Below, piece after piece: positions 19,790-30,447 of a DNA stretch of 64,000 bases. The DNA lies in assembly GCA_965215265.1 (NCBI GenBank), contig OZ244048.1, positions 256,001 through 320,000 on the forward strand, given 5' to 3'. Every line of letters starts with the position of its first letter. The first letter of the stretch is position 1. Both the position numbers and the translations under genes were made by a program. The notes beneath the pieces are model-generated. The model saw only the letters and a program-made list of their open reading frames with translations. It did no database searches and was not told where the DNA came from. Source of the stretch: Candidatus Poribacteria bacterium. GTDB taxonomy: Bacteria > Poribacteria > WGA-4E > WGA-3G.

Positions 19790-20338
19790 ATGAGAGACAC
19801 TCGGGTTGCTAAGCCATACGCCCGTGCACTGTATGAAGCAGCCGTTGAACAGAATGCGTTGGACGCTATCATCACCGATGTAAACCTGTTGATAGAACTA
19901 TCTGAGCAGTCTGAAGAATTCTCACAATTCATTAACAATCCGCTGCTGTCACCTCAATTTAAAAGTGATCTGTTTCAGCGACTTTTCGCTGACACCTTAC
20001 TGCCGCTTACGCTTAACTTCCTACAACTTCTGGCTTTTAAACAACGGGAACGTTATTTCGCAGCAATAGCCAATTTCTTTATGCAGCTCGTTGATGAAGC
20101 CGCCGGCCGGGTTGTCGCAAAAGTGACAACAACTGTGCCAATGACAGCTGAACAGCAGACACGGTTAGCACAGCAATTAAGGGAATACGCAGGACCAGCC
20201 GTAAGAGAGGTCCGGTTAGAGAGCATAACTGACAAGGACATTCAGGGCGGCTTCATTGTGCAGCTAAAGGACACGGTCTTTGATGCAAGCGTCGCAACAC
20301 AACTCCGACGCTTAAAACAACAACTCGCAACAGGATAA
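19790..20338 (+). CDS. atpH: F1 ATP synthase subunit delta
   Basis: VAKPYARALY, IQGGFIV…DASV. Confidence 0.93.
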   Translation: MRDTRVAKPYARALYEAAVEQNALDAIITDVNLLIELSEQSEEFSQFINNPLLSPQFKSDLFQRLFADTLLPLTLNFLQLLAFKQRERYFAAIANFFMQLVDEAAGRVVAKVTTTVPMTAEQQTRLAQQLREYAGPAVREVRLESITDKDIQGGFIVQLKDTVFDASVATQLRRLKQQLATG

Positions 20339-20488
20339 TCAATTTTCTTCTATCGTGCGCAAACCCTCTTGTCTTCGCAGGAACCGCCCTGAGCAACGGA
20401 AGGTGCTACCTTCACAAAGGACAAGAGACTTTCTGACCTGCTGATGAGAAACTAAGCGTCACCATATCAAAATTGGAGAATTGCGGAT

Positions 20489-22045
20489 ATGTCAAGAGAA
20501 GTCCGACCGGACGAAATATCAAATATTCTTAAACAACAACTAGTACAATTTGAACAAAATGTAGATGTCTACGATTCTGGCACCGTCTTGGAAGTTGGCG
20601 ATGGCATCGCACGGGTACACGGACTTGCCAATGCCATGGCGAGCGAGATGATTGAATTCCCAAACGGTATTTACGGCATCGCGTTCAATCTTGAAGAGGA
20701 CAATGTTGGCTGTGTACTGTTTGGAGAAGATCAACTCATACATGAGGGCGACGTGGCAAAACGCACAGGCAGATTGCCAGAAGTCCCTGTTGGCGAAGCA
20801 CTCCTCGGACGAATCGTTGATGCACTCGGCCAACCGGTTGACGGCCTGGGCGATATTCATACAGAACACAGGCTCCCCGTTGAACGGAAAGGGCTCGGTA
20901 TTGTTCAACGTCAACCTGTCAATGAACCCCTTTACACCGGGTTGAAGGCAATTGACAGCTTAACCCCTATCGGAAAAGGACAGCGAGAACTCATCATCGG
21001 GGACCGGCGCACAGGCAAAACCGCAATTGCTTTAGATACAATCATTAATCAGAAAGACACCGGTGTTTACTGCATCTATGTTGCAATTGGGCAAAAAGGC
21101 TCAACCTTGGCGCAAGTGGCAGCAACGCTCCGCGAGCATAACGCGATGGAATATACCACCATCGTCGCTGCACCAGCAAGTGCACCTTCACCCCTTCAGT
21201 ACATCGCACCCTACTCGGGCACTTCAATGGGTGAGTACTTCAGGGATAACGGACAACACGCGCTCATCATATACGATGATTTGACCAAGCACGCATGGGC
21301 ATACCGGCAGATGTCCTTACTCTCACGCCGCCCGCCCGGCAGAGAAGCCTATCCCGGCGATGTCTTCTATCTGCACTCGCGCCTCTTAGAACGCGCAGCA
21401 AAACTGAGCGACGATTTAGGCGGCGGCTCACTCACCGCACTACCAATCATTGAAATCTTTGAAGGCGACCTGACTACCTACATTCCAACTAACGTTATCT
21501 CTATCACCGACGGGCAGATATACCTCACAACGAATCTCTTTAATGCAGGGGTGAGGCCCGCCATTGATGTCGGCACATCTGTTTCACGTGTCGGCGGTGA
21601 TGCACAAGTCAAAGCGATGAAGGCAGAAGAAGTGGCAGGCACTCTTAAACTCGATCTTGCCAACTTTCGCGAGGTAGAAGCTTTCGCGCAATTTGGAGCA
21701 GACTTAGATGCTTCCACGCAATCCCTATTACGGCGCGGCACCCGGCTCGTTGAATTGCTCAAGCAACCCCAGTATCAGCCGATGCCCATGCAACGCGAAG
21801 TTGCATCTATTTTCTGTGGTACAAACGGCTACCTCGACGACATCCCTGAACCCGAAATCGCCCGCTTTGAATCCGAATTTCTGAGTTATCTTGACAGAAA
21901 TCATGCCGAAACACTTGCAGAAATCGTTGAAACCGGATTACTAAGCGATGAATTGATTGAAAATCTACACACGGCTGTCAAGGCATTCAAGCAAAACTGG
22001 ACAGCTCAAGAACCACAAGCAGAAGAAGAGGCTACTGCAGACTAA
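20489..22045 (+). CDS. atpA: F1 ATP synthase subunit alpha
   Basis: [47 protein letters not shown]. Confidence 0.98.
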   Translation: MSREVRPDEISNILKQQLVQFEQNVDVYDSGTVLEVGDGIARVHGLANAMASEMIEFPNGIYGIAFNLEEDNVGCVLFGEDQLIHEGDVAKRTGRLPEVPVGEALLGRIVDALGQPVDGLGDIHTEHRLPVERKGLGIVQRQPVNEPLYTGLKAIDSLTPIGKGQRELIIGDRRTGKTAIALDTIINQKDTGVYCIYVAIGQKGSTLAQVAATLREHNAMEYTTIVAAPASAPSPLQYIAPYSGTSMGEYFRDNGQHALIIYDDLTKHAWAYRQMSLLSRRPPGREAYPGDVFYLHSRLLERAAKLSDDLGGGSLTALPIIEIFEGDLTTYIPTNVISITDGQIYLTTNLFNAGVRPAIDVGTSVSRVGGDAQVKAMKAEEVAGTLKLDLANFREVEAFAQFGADLDASTQSLLRRGTRLVELLKQPQYQPMPMQREVASIFCGTNGYLDDIPEPEIARFESEFLSYLDRNHAETLAEIVETGLLSDELIENLHTAVKAFKQNWTAQEPQAEEEATAD

Positions 22046-22094
22046 ATGCCGAATCATGCACTCCGGATGAGTGCAATGTCTATACGGAATTAAC

Positions 22095-22976
22095 ATGGCA
22101 ACACTACGAGAAATCAGACGGCGGATTACTAGCATTACAAACATCTCACAGGTAACCCAAGCCATGCGCGTTGTCGCTGCCGCACGGTTACGCCGGGCAC
22201 AAGCGAATATTATGGCCACCCGCCCTTACGCAGAGAAACTCGATAAGATATTAGGACATCTTATCTCACAGATGGGTAACCTGAATCAGGAGAAGCCTAT
22301 CCACCCTCTATTGGAAGAACGTGTAGTCAAGCATGCCTGCCTCATTTCAGTCTCTGGAGACCGCGGATTATGTGGCAGCTTTAATAGCAACGTCATCCGT
22401 ACAACGACCCAACGCACACAACACTATCAGGACAACGGCGCTGACGTAACGCTCATTTGTATTGGGAGACATGGACACGAACATTTCGCACGGCGAGGCT
22501 ACGACATCACCGATGCATACGTCAATATCTTTCGTCAATTGGAATTCCAAACCGCCGTTGATATCGTCCATGAGTTCGAACAACTCTATATTGACAAAAA
22601 AATTGATAGGGTTGAGGTTATCTACAACAACTTTAAGTCTGCAATCCTCCAAACTGTCCTCGTTGAACAACTCCTCCCCTTGGTGCCGGCGCTCCCTGAA
22701 GGCGACGAACTTTTCTTAGATTATATCTATGAACCGGGGCAGGTAGAACTCTTTGAGATGCTCCTCAGCAAAGACTTGAATATGCAGATGTGGAAGGTGC
22801 TTTTAGATTCCAACGCTGCAGAACAAGCCGCGCGGATGGCTGCGATGGAGAATGCAACCCAGAAAGCAAAGGAATTAATTGACGAGCTCGTTCTGCAGCG
22901 CAATAGGGCACGTCAAACGCAAATCACGACAGAAATTTCGGAAATTGTTAGCGGTGCTGCTGCGCTAGAAGAATAG
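22095..22976 (+). CDS. atpG: F1 ATP synthase subunit gamma
   Basis: MATLREIRRRI, DRGLCGSFN, EQAARMAAMENAT, NRARQTQITTEISEI. Confidence 0.97.
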   Translation: MATLREIRRRITSITNISQVTQAMRVVAAARLRRAQANIMATRPYAEKLDKILGHLISQMGNLNQEKPIHPLLEERVVKHACLISVSGDRGLCGSFNSNVIRTTTQRTQHYQDNGADVTLICIGRHGHEHFARRGYDITDAYVNIFRQLEFQTAVDIVHEFEQLYIDKKIDRVEVIYNNFKSAILQTVLVEQLLPLVPALPEGDELFLDYIYEPGQVELFEMLLSKDLNMQMWKVLLDSNAAEQAARMAAMENATQKAKELIDELVLQRNRARQTQITTEISEIVSGAAALEE

Positions 22977-23146
22977 CAAACTCTGCTCCTGTTTGGCACT
23001 AAATCGTAGGTAGAAGTCGTCGCCACCAAAATACTAGAGCCATCTATCGGGCTGATTCTTAAATCCATTGGGTATACCTTGCAAGTTTCACGTTATCTAC
23101 TCCTATTAGCCATCACGAACTGCACTAAAAAATAAGGAGGTCTCAG

Positions 23147-23620
23147 ATGTCCATCAACGTCAACGAACAGATTGAAGAGGCGATGAAACGTGGAGAATTC
23201 TCCAACTTGCCCGGCAAAGGGAAACCGCTTAGACTGGAGACGAATCCTTTCATAACTCCTCAAGTCCGCATGGCGAATCGACTCCTAAAAAATAATGGAT
23301 TCGCGCCACAGTGGATTGAATTAGAGAAAGAGATACGGCAGCAAAAAGCAAAACTCACCAGATTGGTTGAAAATCTCAAAGCACGCCGCGAACGTTTGGC
23401 TGCCCTCTTTCTGCAACATCCACACCGGGGTCCAGCTATTAAACAGTGTTTCGAACACGAACGCGCACGCACACTTACACAGTATGGCGACAAACTTAAA
23501 AGCCTTAACAAGAAAATCCAACGTTTGAACCTTCTGATGCCTGCACGAAACCGGCAATTGCCATTGATAAATCACGCTGAGGCGTACGCCCATTTCCACA
23601 AGCAATGCCCAAGTTTGTAG
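23147..23620 (+). CDS. DUF1992 / DnaJC28-like domain protein
   Basis: EQIEEAMKRGEFSNLPGKGKPL…RLLKNNGFAPQWIEL; AGGAGG RBS. Confidence 0.85.
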   Translation: MSINVNEQIEEAMKRGEFSNLPGKGKPLRLETNPFITPQVRMANRLLKNNGFAPQWIELEKEIRQQKAKLTRLVENLKARRERLAALFLQHPHRGPAIKQCFEHERARTLTQYGDKLKSLNKKIQRLNLLMPARNRQLPLINHAEAYAHFHKQCPSL

Positions 23621-23682
23621 GTATTTGGTTAGGTGCAGATGAACAGAAAAAAAATAATTCGGGGACATAGCACCGACTCTGA

Positions 23683-25185
<1,503 letters not shown>

Positions 25186-25221
25186 ATACACCCCAATGCA
25201 GCTAAATCGCTACGGGAAAAA

Positions 25222-25629
25222 ATGCTAAATAAACGTTTTCACGTCGAAATTCGCACACCTGAAGAATTGATTTATGAAGGCGATGTCACGAGCATTCGCG
25301 CCCCCGGTGTTGAAGGAAATTTTGAGATCCTCGCAGGACACATGCCGTTCCTAACCGTCTTGGAAGTCGGCGAAATCCGAATCCAAGAAGGAGCAGCACC
25401 ACAACTCCTGGCAACCAGTGGCGGGGTCTTTGAAGTGCTGCGCACCGGCGTTACCGTATTAGTCGAAACCGCAGAATGGGCATCAGAGATTGATGTTAAA
25501 CGCGCGCAAATTGCACTGGAACGTGCAAAGGCGCTGCTCAACGCAAACGCTCCCGAACTTAACAGGCCACGTGCAGAAGCGGCATTCGCACGCTCACAAA
25601 ATCGCATCCAGGTCGCTGCTAATTTATAA
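25222..25629 (+). CDS. atpC: F1 ATP synthase subunit epsilon
   Basis: TPE…APGVEGNFEILAGHMP…SGGVFEV. Confidence 0.95.
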   Translation: MLNKRFHVEIRTPEELIYEGDVTSIRAPGVEGNFEILAGHMPFLTVLEVGEIRIQEGAAPQLLATSGGVFEVLRTGVTVLVETAEWASEIDVKRAQIALERAKALLNANAPELNRPRAEAAFARSQNRIQVAANL

Positions 25630-25879
25630 TCCAAAATGCAGCACGCTTTCTTTTTCATAGATACTCCAGTCAATTGCGGCATGTCGAATGAAACGGATAT
25701 TGCTCCATATTTAAAACTCACGCTTTTTCTGCCTAGCGTTGTTATCGACAGCACGCTTATTCTGCGGTTTGGTACCGCACTTCTGAGCGATATCAAACCG
25801 CAGCTTTTTTGCTAGACATCTTCAACATACACGAGAATTCTATCAAGCCCTTTATCGCCTTCGTTGCCATTTTTCACAC

Positions 25880-26045
25880 GGCAATATCCCTATTTTATTC
25901 TACGAAACCAAACGCGGAGACACAGATTAGGGATAAAATTCAGCAAACTTATGATGTAAAACCGGGCGGCAATTTAACGATCGTGTCGGAATTCGACGAA
26001 ATTGACATACAAACAACCGACCAGAATACGGTAGAACCTGTTTTA
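25880..26045 (+). pseudogene. Fragment resembling the N-terminus of a DUF4097/adhesin-like protein
   Basis: IQQTYDVKPGGNLTIVSEFDEIDIQTTDQNTVE, then abrupt loss of protein-like sequence. Confidence 0.4.
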
Positions 26046-26273
26046 CCCCCTTACAAGTCGGATGAGTCTGGCCACTCCCCGCTCGCTGCTTGCGGGTGGT
26101 TAGAGGGCTGCCTTTTCTTTTTTTTCTGTTTTCGTGCAGGTGGACGCAGCCAGTCAAAAAAAAGAGCGACTTTTTTCAAAATCTATGGTATACTTTTTTA
26201 ACGAACCAAGTGACAAACTCGAAAAAAGCAGCTTGCGGCATGCAAGCAAAAAATAATGAGTGGAGGCATTAAG

Positions 26274-27986
26274 ATGCAAAAGGGCCTGTTAGGTCAGTTT
26301 CTAGCGAAGACGCAGTGGGATTTACCGGAGGGTGCGATTGCGCTTCTCGGCAGAGGGAGTGTATTTGAGATAGCGTATTCTCCGGATGGTTCTCAGTTTG
26401 CAGTGGCAAGTAGTATCGGTATTTGGCTGTATGATGCGGAAACCGGTGAGACGCTCGACCTACTCACGAGGCATACGGAGGTTGTCCAGAGCGTAGCGTT
26501 CAGCGTAGATGGCAGAACGCTCGCAAGTGGGAGTAGGGACGAAACCATTCGACTCTGGGATGTGAACACGGGCGAGACGCTCAAAACGCTCACAGGGCAT
26601 ACAGATAGCGTCATGAGCGTAGCGTTCAGCGCCGATGGTAGCACGCTCGCAAGTGGGAGTTTCGACAGAACCATTCGACTCTGGGATGTGAACACGGGCG
26701 AGACGCTCAAAACTCTCATTGGGCATACGGATAAGGCCGATCCCGTAGCGTTCAGTCCAGATGGTAGCACGCTCGCTAGTGGGAGTTTGGACAAAACCCT
26801 TCGGCTGTGGGATGTCAACACAGGCGAGACGCTCAAAACACTCACTGCGCATACGGGGGCTGTCTTGAGCGTAGCGTTCAGTCCAGATGGTAGCACGCTC
26901 GCTAGTGGGAGTTTGGACAAAACCCTTCGGCTGTGGGATGTCAACACGGGCGAGACGCTCAAAACACTCACGGGGCATACGAGTTGGGTCAAGAGCATAG
27001 CGTTCAGCCCTGATGGGCGCACGCTCGCAACTTGGAGTTCGGACAACACCATTCGTCTGTGGGATGTGAACACAGGCGAGACACTCAAAACTCTCACCGG
27101 GCATACGAGGTATGTCTTGAGCATAGCGTTCAGCGTAGATGGGCGCACGCTCGCAACTGGGAGTGCGGACAGAACCATTCGGCTCTGGGATGTCAATACA
27201 GGCGAAAACCTCAAAACTCTCACAGGGCATACGAAGCCTGTCTCTAGCATAGCGTTCAGCGTAGATGGGTGCACGCTCGCAAGTGGGAGTGGGGACGACA
27301 CCATTCGTCTGTGGGATGTGAACACAGGCGAGACACTCAAAACTCTCACTGTGCATCCGAGGTCTGTCACGAGCATAGCGTTCAGCGTAGATGGGCACAC
27401 GCTCGCAACTTGGAGTTGGGACGGCACCATTCGGCTCTGGGATGTGAACACAGGCGAGACACTCAAAAGCGTAGCGTTCAGTCCTGATGGCAGAACGCTC
27501 GCAACTTGGAGTAGGGGCGGCACCATTCGGCTCTGGGATGTGAACACAGGCGAGACACTCAAAACTCTCACAGGGCATACGGGGCATGTCACGAGCATAG
27601 CGTTCAGCGTAGATGGGCGCACGCTCGCAACTGGGAGTGCGGACAGAACCATTCGACTCTGGGCTGTCAACACAGGCGAGACACTCAAAACTCTCACAGG
27701 GCATACGGGTAGGGTCTATACCGTAGCGTTCAGCGTAGATGGGCGCACGCTCGCAACTTGGAGTTCGGACAAAACCATTCGGCTCTGGGATGTCAACACG
27801 GGCGAAAACCTCAAAACTTTCACAGGGCATACGAGGTATGTCACGAGCATAGCGTTCAGCGTAGATGGGCGCACGCTCGCTAGTGGGAGTTGGGACGGCA
27901 CCATTCGGCTCTGGGATGTCAACACGGGCGAAAACGTCAAAACTTTCACCGGGCATGTCGTAGGGGTCAGCCCAGATGGCAGGTAG
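26274..27986 (+). CDS. WD40-repeat beta-propeller protein with high internal repeat identity
   Basis: N-terminal WDLPEGAIALLGRG cap, then 12 GH…WD-type repeats of mostly 42 aa; GGAGG RBS before ATG 26274; TAG interrupts a 13th repeat. Confidence 0.92.
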   Translation: MQKGLLGQFLAKTQWDLPEGAIALLGRGSVFEIAYSPDGSQFAVASSIGIWLYDAETGETLDLLTRHTEVVQSVAFSVDGRTLASGSRDETIRLWDVNTGETLKTLTGHTDSVMSVAFSADGSTLASGSFDRTIRLWDVNTGETLKTLIGHTDKADPVAFSPDGSTLASGSLDKTLRLWDVNTGETLKTLTAHTGAVLSVAFSPDGSTLASGSLDKTLRLWDVNTGETLKTLTGHTSWVKSIAFSPDGRTLATWSSDNTIRLWDVNTGETLKTLTGHTRYVLSIAFSVDGRTLATGSADRTIRLWDVNTGENLKTLTGHTKPVSSIAFSVDGCTLASGSGDDTIRLWDVNTGETLKTLTVHPRSVTSIAFSVDGHTLATWSWDGTIRLWDVNTGETLKSVAFSPDGRTLATWSRGGTIRLWDVNTGETLKTLTGHTGHVTSIAFSVDGRTLATGSADRTIRLWAVNTGETLKTLTGHTGRVYTVAFSVDGRTLATWSSDKTIRLWDVNTGENLKTFTGHTRYVTSIAFSVDGRTLASGSWDGTIRLWDVNTGENVKTFTGHVVGVSPDGR

Positions 27987-28037
27987 CTCGCTATGGGGAG
28001 TTGGGAAGACAAAACCGTTCGGCTCTGGGATGTCAAC
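26460..28037 (+). repeat. Intragenic tandem repeat, 126-bp unit, ~13 copies
   Basis: Recurrent …GCGTTCAGC…ACGCTCGC…ACCATTCG.CTCTGGGATGT.AACAC.GGCGA; one unit carries a 30-bp in-frame deletion near 27468. Confidence 0.93.
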
Positions 28038-28055
28038 GCTCGCAAGGAGGTCATC

Positions 28056-28328
28056 ATGCAAGAATCAACCCTCTTCCAACTTTACTTCGAAAAAGAACGT
28101 GAGGCAGGACGAAAACAAGGCTTAGAACAAGGCTTAGAACGAGGACGTGCTAAAGGATGCATAGAGGCTATCTTAGATATCCTTGAGACGCGTTTCCATC
28201 CCGGGGCGGCGCACCTCTTAAAACCATCTCTGGAAGCTGTCGAAGACATCGATCGCCTCAAGCAGTTATGCCAAGCCGCCGCCGCCGCTGAGAACCTTGA
28301 GACGTTCATGCAGACGCTCACCGAATAA
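28056..28328 (+). CDS. Small protein resembling the C-terminal domain of Rpn/YhgA-like nucleases (RpnS/DUF4351-like)
   Basis: AAGGAGG RBS, then MQESTLFQ…EAGRKQGLEQGLERG…ILDILETRF…IDRLKQL. Confidence 0.65.
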   Translation: MQESTLFQLYFEKEREAGRKQGLEQGLERGRAKGCIEAILDILETRFHPGAAHLLKPSLEAVEDIDRLKQLCQAAAAAENLETFMQTLTE

Positions 28329-28537
28329 AGCGGTGCCGCCGAGACAACCCAACGCCTACTGGCACACGGCGGAATCTTCTAAGAGAACTTTCTGTTAACA
28401 CGCAGCTATTAAAACTCTGCTAATCCCCTTTTACAGCATTCGTAGTGTTCGCAGAGCACCTACATCACTAAGGTCTGTCCGTCGTTGTGCAGGATGCGCT
28501 CCCCTGCTTCCCAATTCGGGCACCTCGATATCCACCA

Positions 28538-29362
28538 TTAGACTGTCAACGTAATTTTATCCTGTTTCACAATTTCCTTAATATGCCCATAAGGTGCTGA
28601 TTCAACCAACTCCAACGTTTCCGGGGATAACCGGTCAAGGATGACCTGCGGTAACCCGTGTCTCCCTTTGAATTGCGGAAAATAGCGTAAAACAAGAAAC
28701 CGGCGATCCCGGTCGGTGGGCTTCCAACGCAGCACACCATGCGTGAGCAATTCTGAAATAATCACGATATCCCCCGCCTTGGGTGTAATATTAGTGAAAA
28801 CCGCATCCGCCATCGGGTCGATGCCATCCTCTTCATCCAGTACAAGGAGATTCTCGGGCCGACCGAATTCGCTTTTATGAGAACCGGGAATTACGATGAG
28901 CCCACCGTCACCAGGATACACATCCGTGAAATACACAAAGCAGACGAAGTCGTCACAATAGATTTGCCCGTTGTCAACCGCATAGCGAGTGCTATACCAA
29001 CCGTAATCGTCACGTGCACAGTGCAATCCGCCCGGATTCACTCTCGCTCGTTCCCCGGCCCCCCACAACTCATGCTGGTCGTGTTTCAGGGAACCTCTAC
29101 CAAATCTTGGTTGATTCGCTGTAAATTCCTTAATAATCGGCCAGGTAGCGGGATGCATCGTCAAGCACTCCAGCGATTTATTAAACGCGAACCCGTGCTG
29201 ATGGAGCCCCCTCACTTCAAAACCCGGCGGCAATTCATCAGCTGGTGCTGTGATATATCGATCGACTGCTTCGGCGGCCTCTGCTAACGCGTCACCCGTG
29301 ATAACGTTTTCCAAATGCAGATAGCCTGTCACATCAAACAGATAACGTTGTTTTGGTGTCAT
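28538..29362 (-). CDS. Phytanoyl-CoA dioxygenase (PhyH)-family Fe(II)/2OG enzyme
   Basis: QRYLFDVTGYL, FTDVYPGDGGLIVIPGSHK, KAGDIVII…THG…R. Confidence 0.88.
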   Translation of the reverse strand: MTPKQRYLFDVTGYLHLENVITGDALAEAAEAVDRYITAPADELPPGFEVRGLHQHGFAFNKSLECLTMHPATWPIIKEFTANQPRFGRGSLKHDQHELWGAGERARVNPGGLHCARDDYGWYSTRYAVDNGQIYCDDFVCFVYFTDVYPGDGGLIVIPGSHKSEFGRPENLLVLDEEDGIDPMADAVFTNITPKAGDIVIISELLTHGVLRWKPTDRDRRFLVLRYFPQFKGRHGLPQVILDRLSPETLELVESAPYGHIKEIVKQDKITLTV

Positions 29363-29441
29363 AAACTGATTTCTCCTTAAATAAATGATACGAAGTTTCT
29401 CCTATAATATACGCCCTCGCGGAATTTTACCAAGAAAAATA

Positions 29442-29470
29442 TTGACTTTTTCTCTCAGATCTGTTAGTAT
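29442..29470 (+). promoter_or_regulatory. Sigma70 promoter
   Basis: TTGACT-N17-TAGTAT upstream of the gene at 29603. Confidence 0.6.
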
Positions 29471-29471
29471 T

Positions 29472-29485
29472 TAACCAATTGGTTA
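29472..29485. promoter_or_regulatory. Palindromic operator candidate
   Basis: Perfect 14-bp palindrome TAACCAATTGGTTA over the predicted transcription start. Confidence 0.55.
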
Positions 29486-29602
29486 CATCCAAGCATAATA
29501 GGCAGAATTTTCCAGAATCTTCTCACCCTATTATTTGTCACAATCTAGTACACTTTGGATGCAGTTATTAGCATAAATCACCAACCCAGGGAGGACCCGC
29601 AG

Positions 29603-30436
29603 ATGAAAACTGTTATCTCAATCTTCACCCCGATCTGTCTCTTAGCCTTAGCATGCACCATTGCATGGGCGAACATCGTTCCAGATCCGGTGCTCTATCT
29701 TGATGCTTCTGATAACCCCGGCCATGATGGTGCCTGGACGAACCTAGGTGCCGCGGGCGGTGAATTACTCGCCGCAGACGATGCACCTACGCTTGAAGAA
29801 GGCCCCGTTAAAATTCCAGCACTCGGCATTGATGAGCCGAACATGAAATACTACACAGCCAAGAAATCCCATCAAACCTTTGGCGGCCCACCCGCCAAAA
29901 ATCCGCAGCTATTTTTCGAAGACTGGACATTGGAGTTTCTTTGTAGACGGAACGGCGATTTTTTTCTCGAAGAACATCACTTCGCCGGTTTTCAAAACAG
30001 TCCACGCGAAGGTAAGCAAGGCATTCGACTCTGGATAGTAGACGGCCAAAAGCTAGACATCTCTATTCATGCACAAGGTGCTAAACAGGGCGTTCAACCC
30101 CTTAACCTTCAACTTAATGAAGGCGAATGGACATGGATAACGATTGTCGGCACCAGCGACAAATCGATCGTCGCATATCAAGACGGTGAAGAGGTCAGCA
30201 AACAAGCCGGTTTTGAGTTTGACAAAGCGTTACCTATAGACGATATCTCAATCGGTGCCAATTCTCATGATGAACGCAGACGCACTTTTAACGGCTCTTT
30301 CGCCATCGTCCGTGCCTACGACATCGCACTGACCGAAGCGGAAGTCAAGCAAAACATCTCCGGCACCTTTGCTGTTGACCCAATAGGCAAACTCTCATCT
30401 ACGTGGGCAAACGTCAAACGCGGATACACTTGGTAA
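29603..30436 (+). CDS. Secreted LamG/concanavalin-like protein with Poribacteria-type C-terminal motif
   Basis: Signal peptide; VLYLDASD, WTLEF, WTWITIV, FNGSFAIVRAYDIALTEAEV; ends AVDPIGKLSSTWANVK. Confidence 0.8.
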   Translation: MKTVISIFTPICLLALACTIAWANIVPDPVLYLDASDNPGHDGAWTNLGAAGGELLAADDAPTLEEGPVKIPALGIDEPNMKYYTAKKSHQTFGGPPAKNPQLFFEDWTLEFLCRRNGDFFLEEHHFAGFQNSPREGKQGIRLWIVDGQKLDISIHAQGAKQGVQPLNLQLNEGEWTWITIVGTSDKSIVAYQDGEEVSKQAGFEFDKALPIDDISIGANSHDERRRTFNGSFAIVRAYDIALTEAEVKQNISGTFAVDPIGKLSSTWANVKRGYTW

Positions 30437-30447
30437 ACGGACACGGC

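Noticed and set aside
26460-28037. WD40 variability as a DGR target
   Set aside because: No reverse transcriptase or template repeat in the window, and variation is not limited to an adenine-specific pattern
26393-28061. Long antisense ORFs of 434 and 533 aa
   Set aside because: Shadow frames of the 126-bp WD40 repeat
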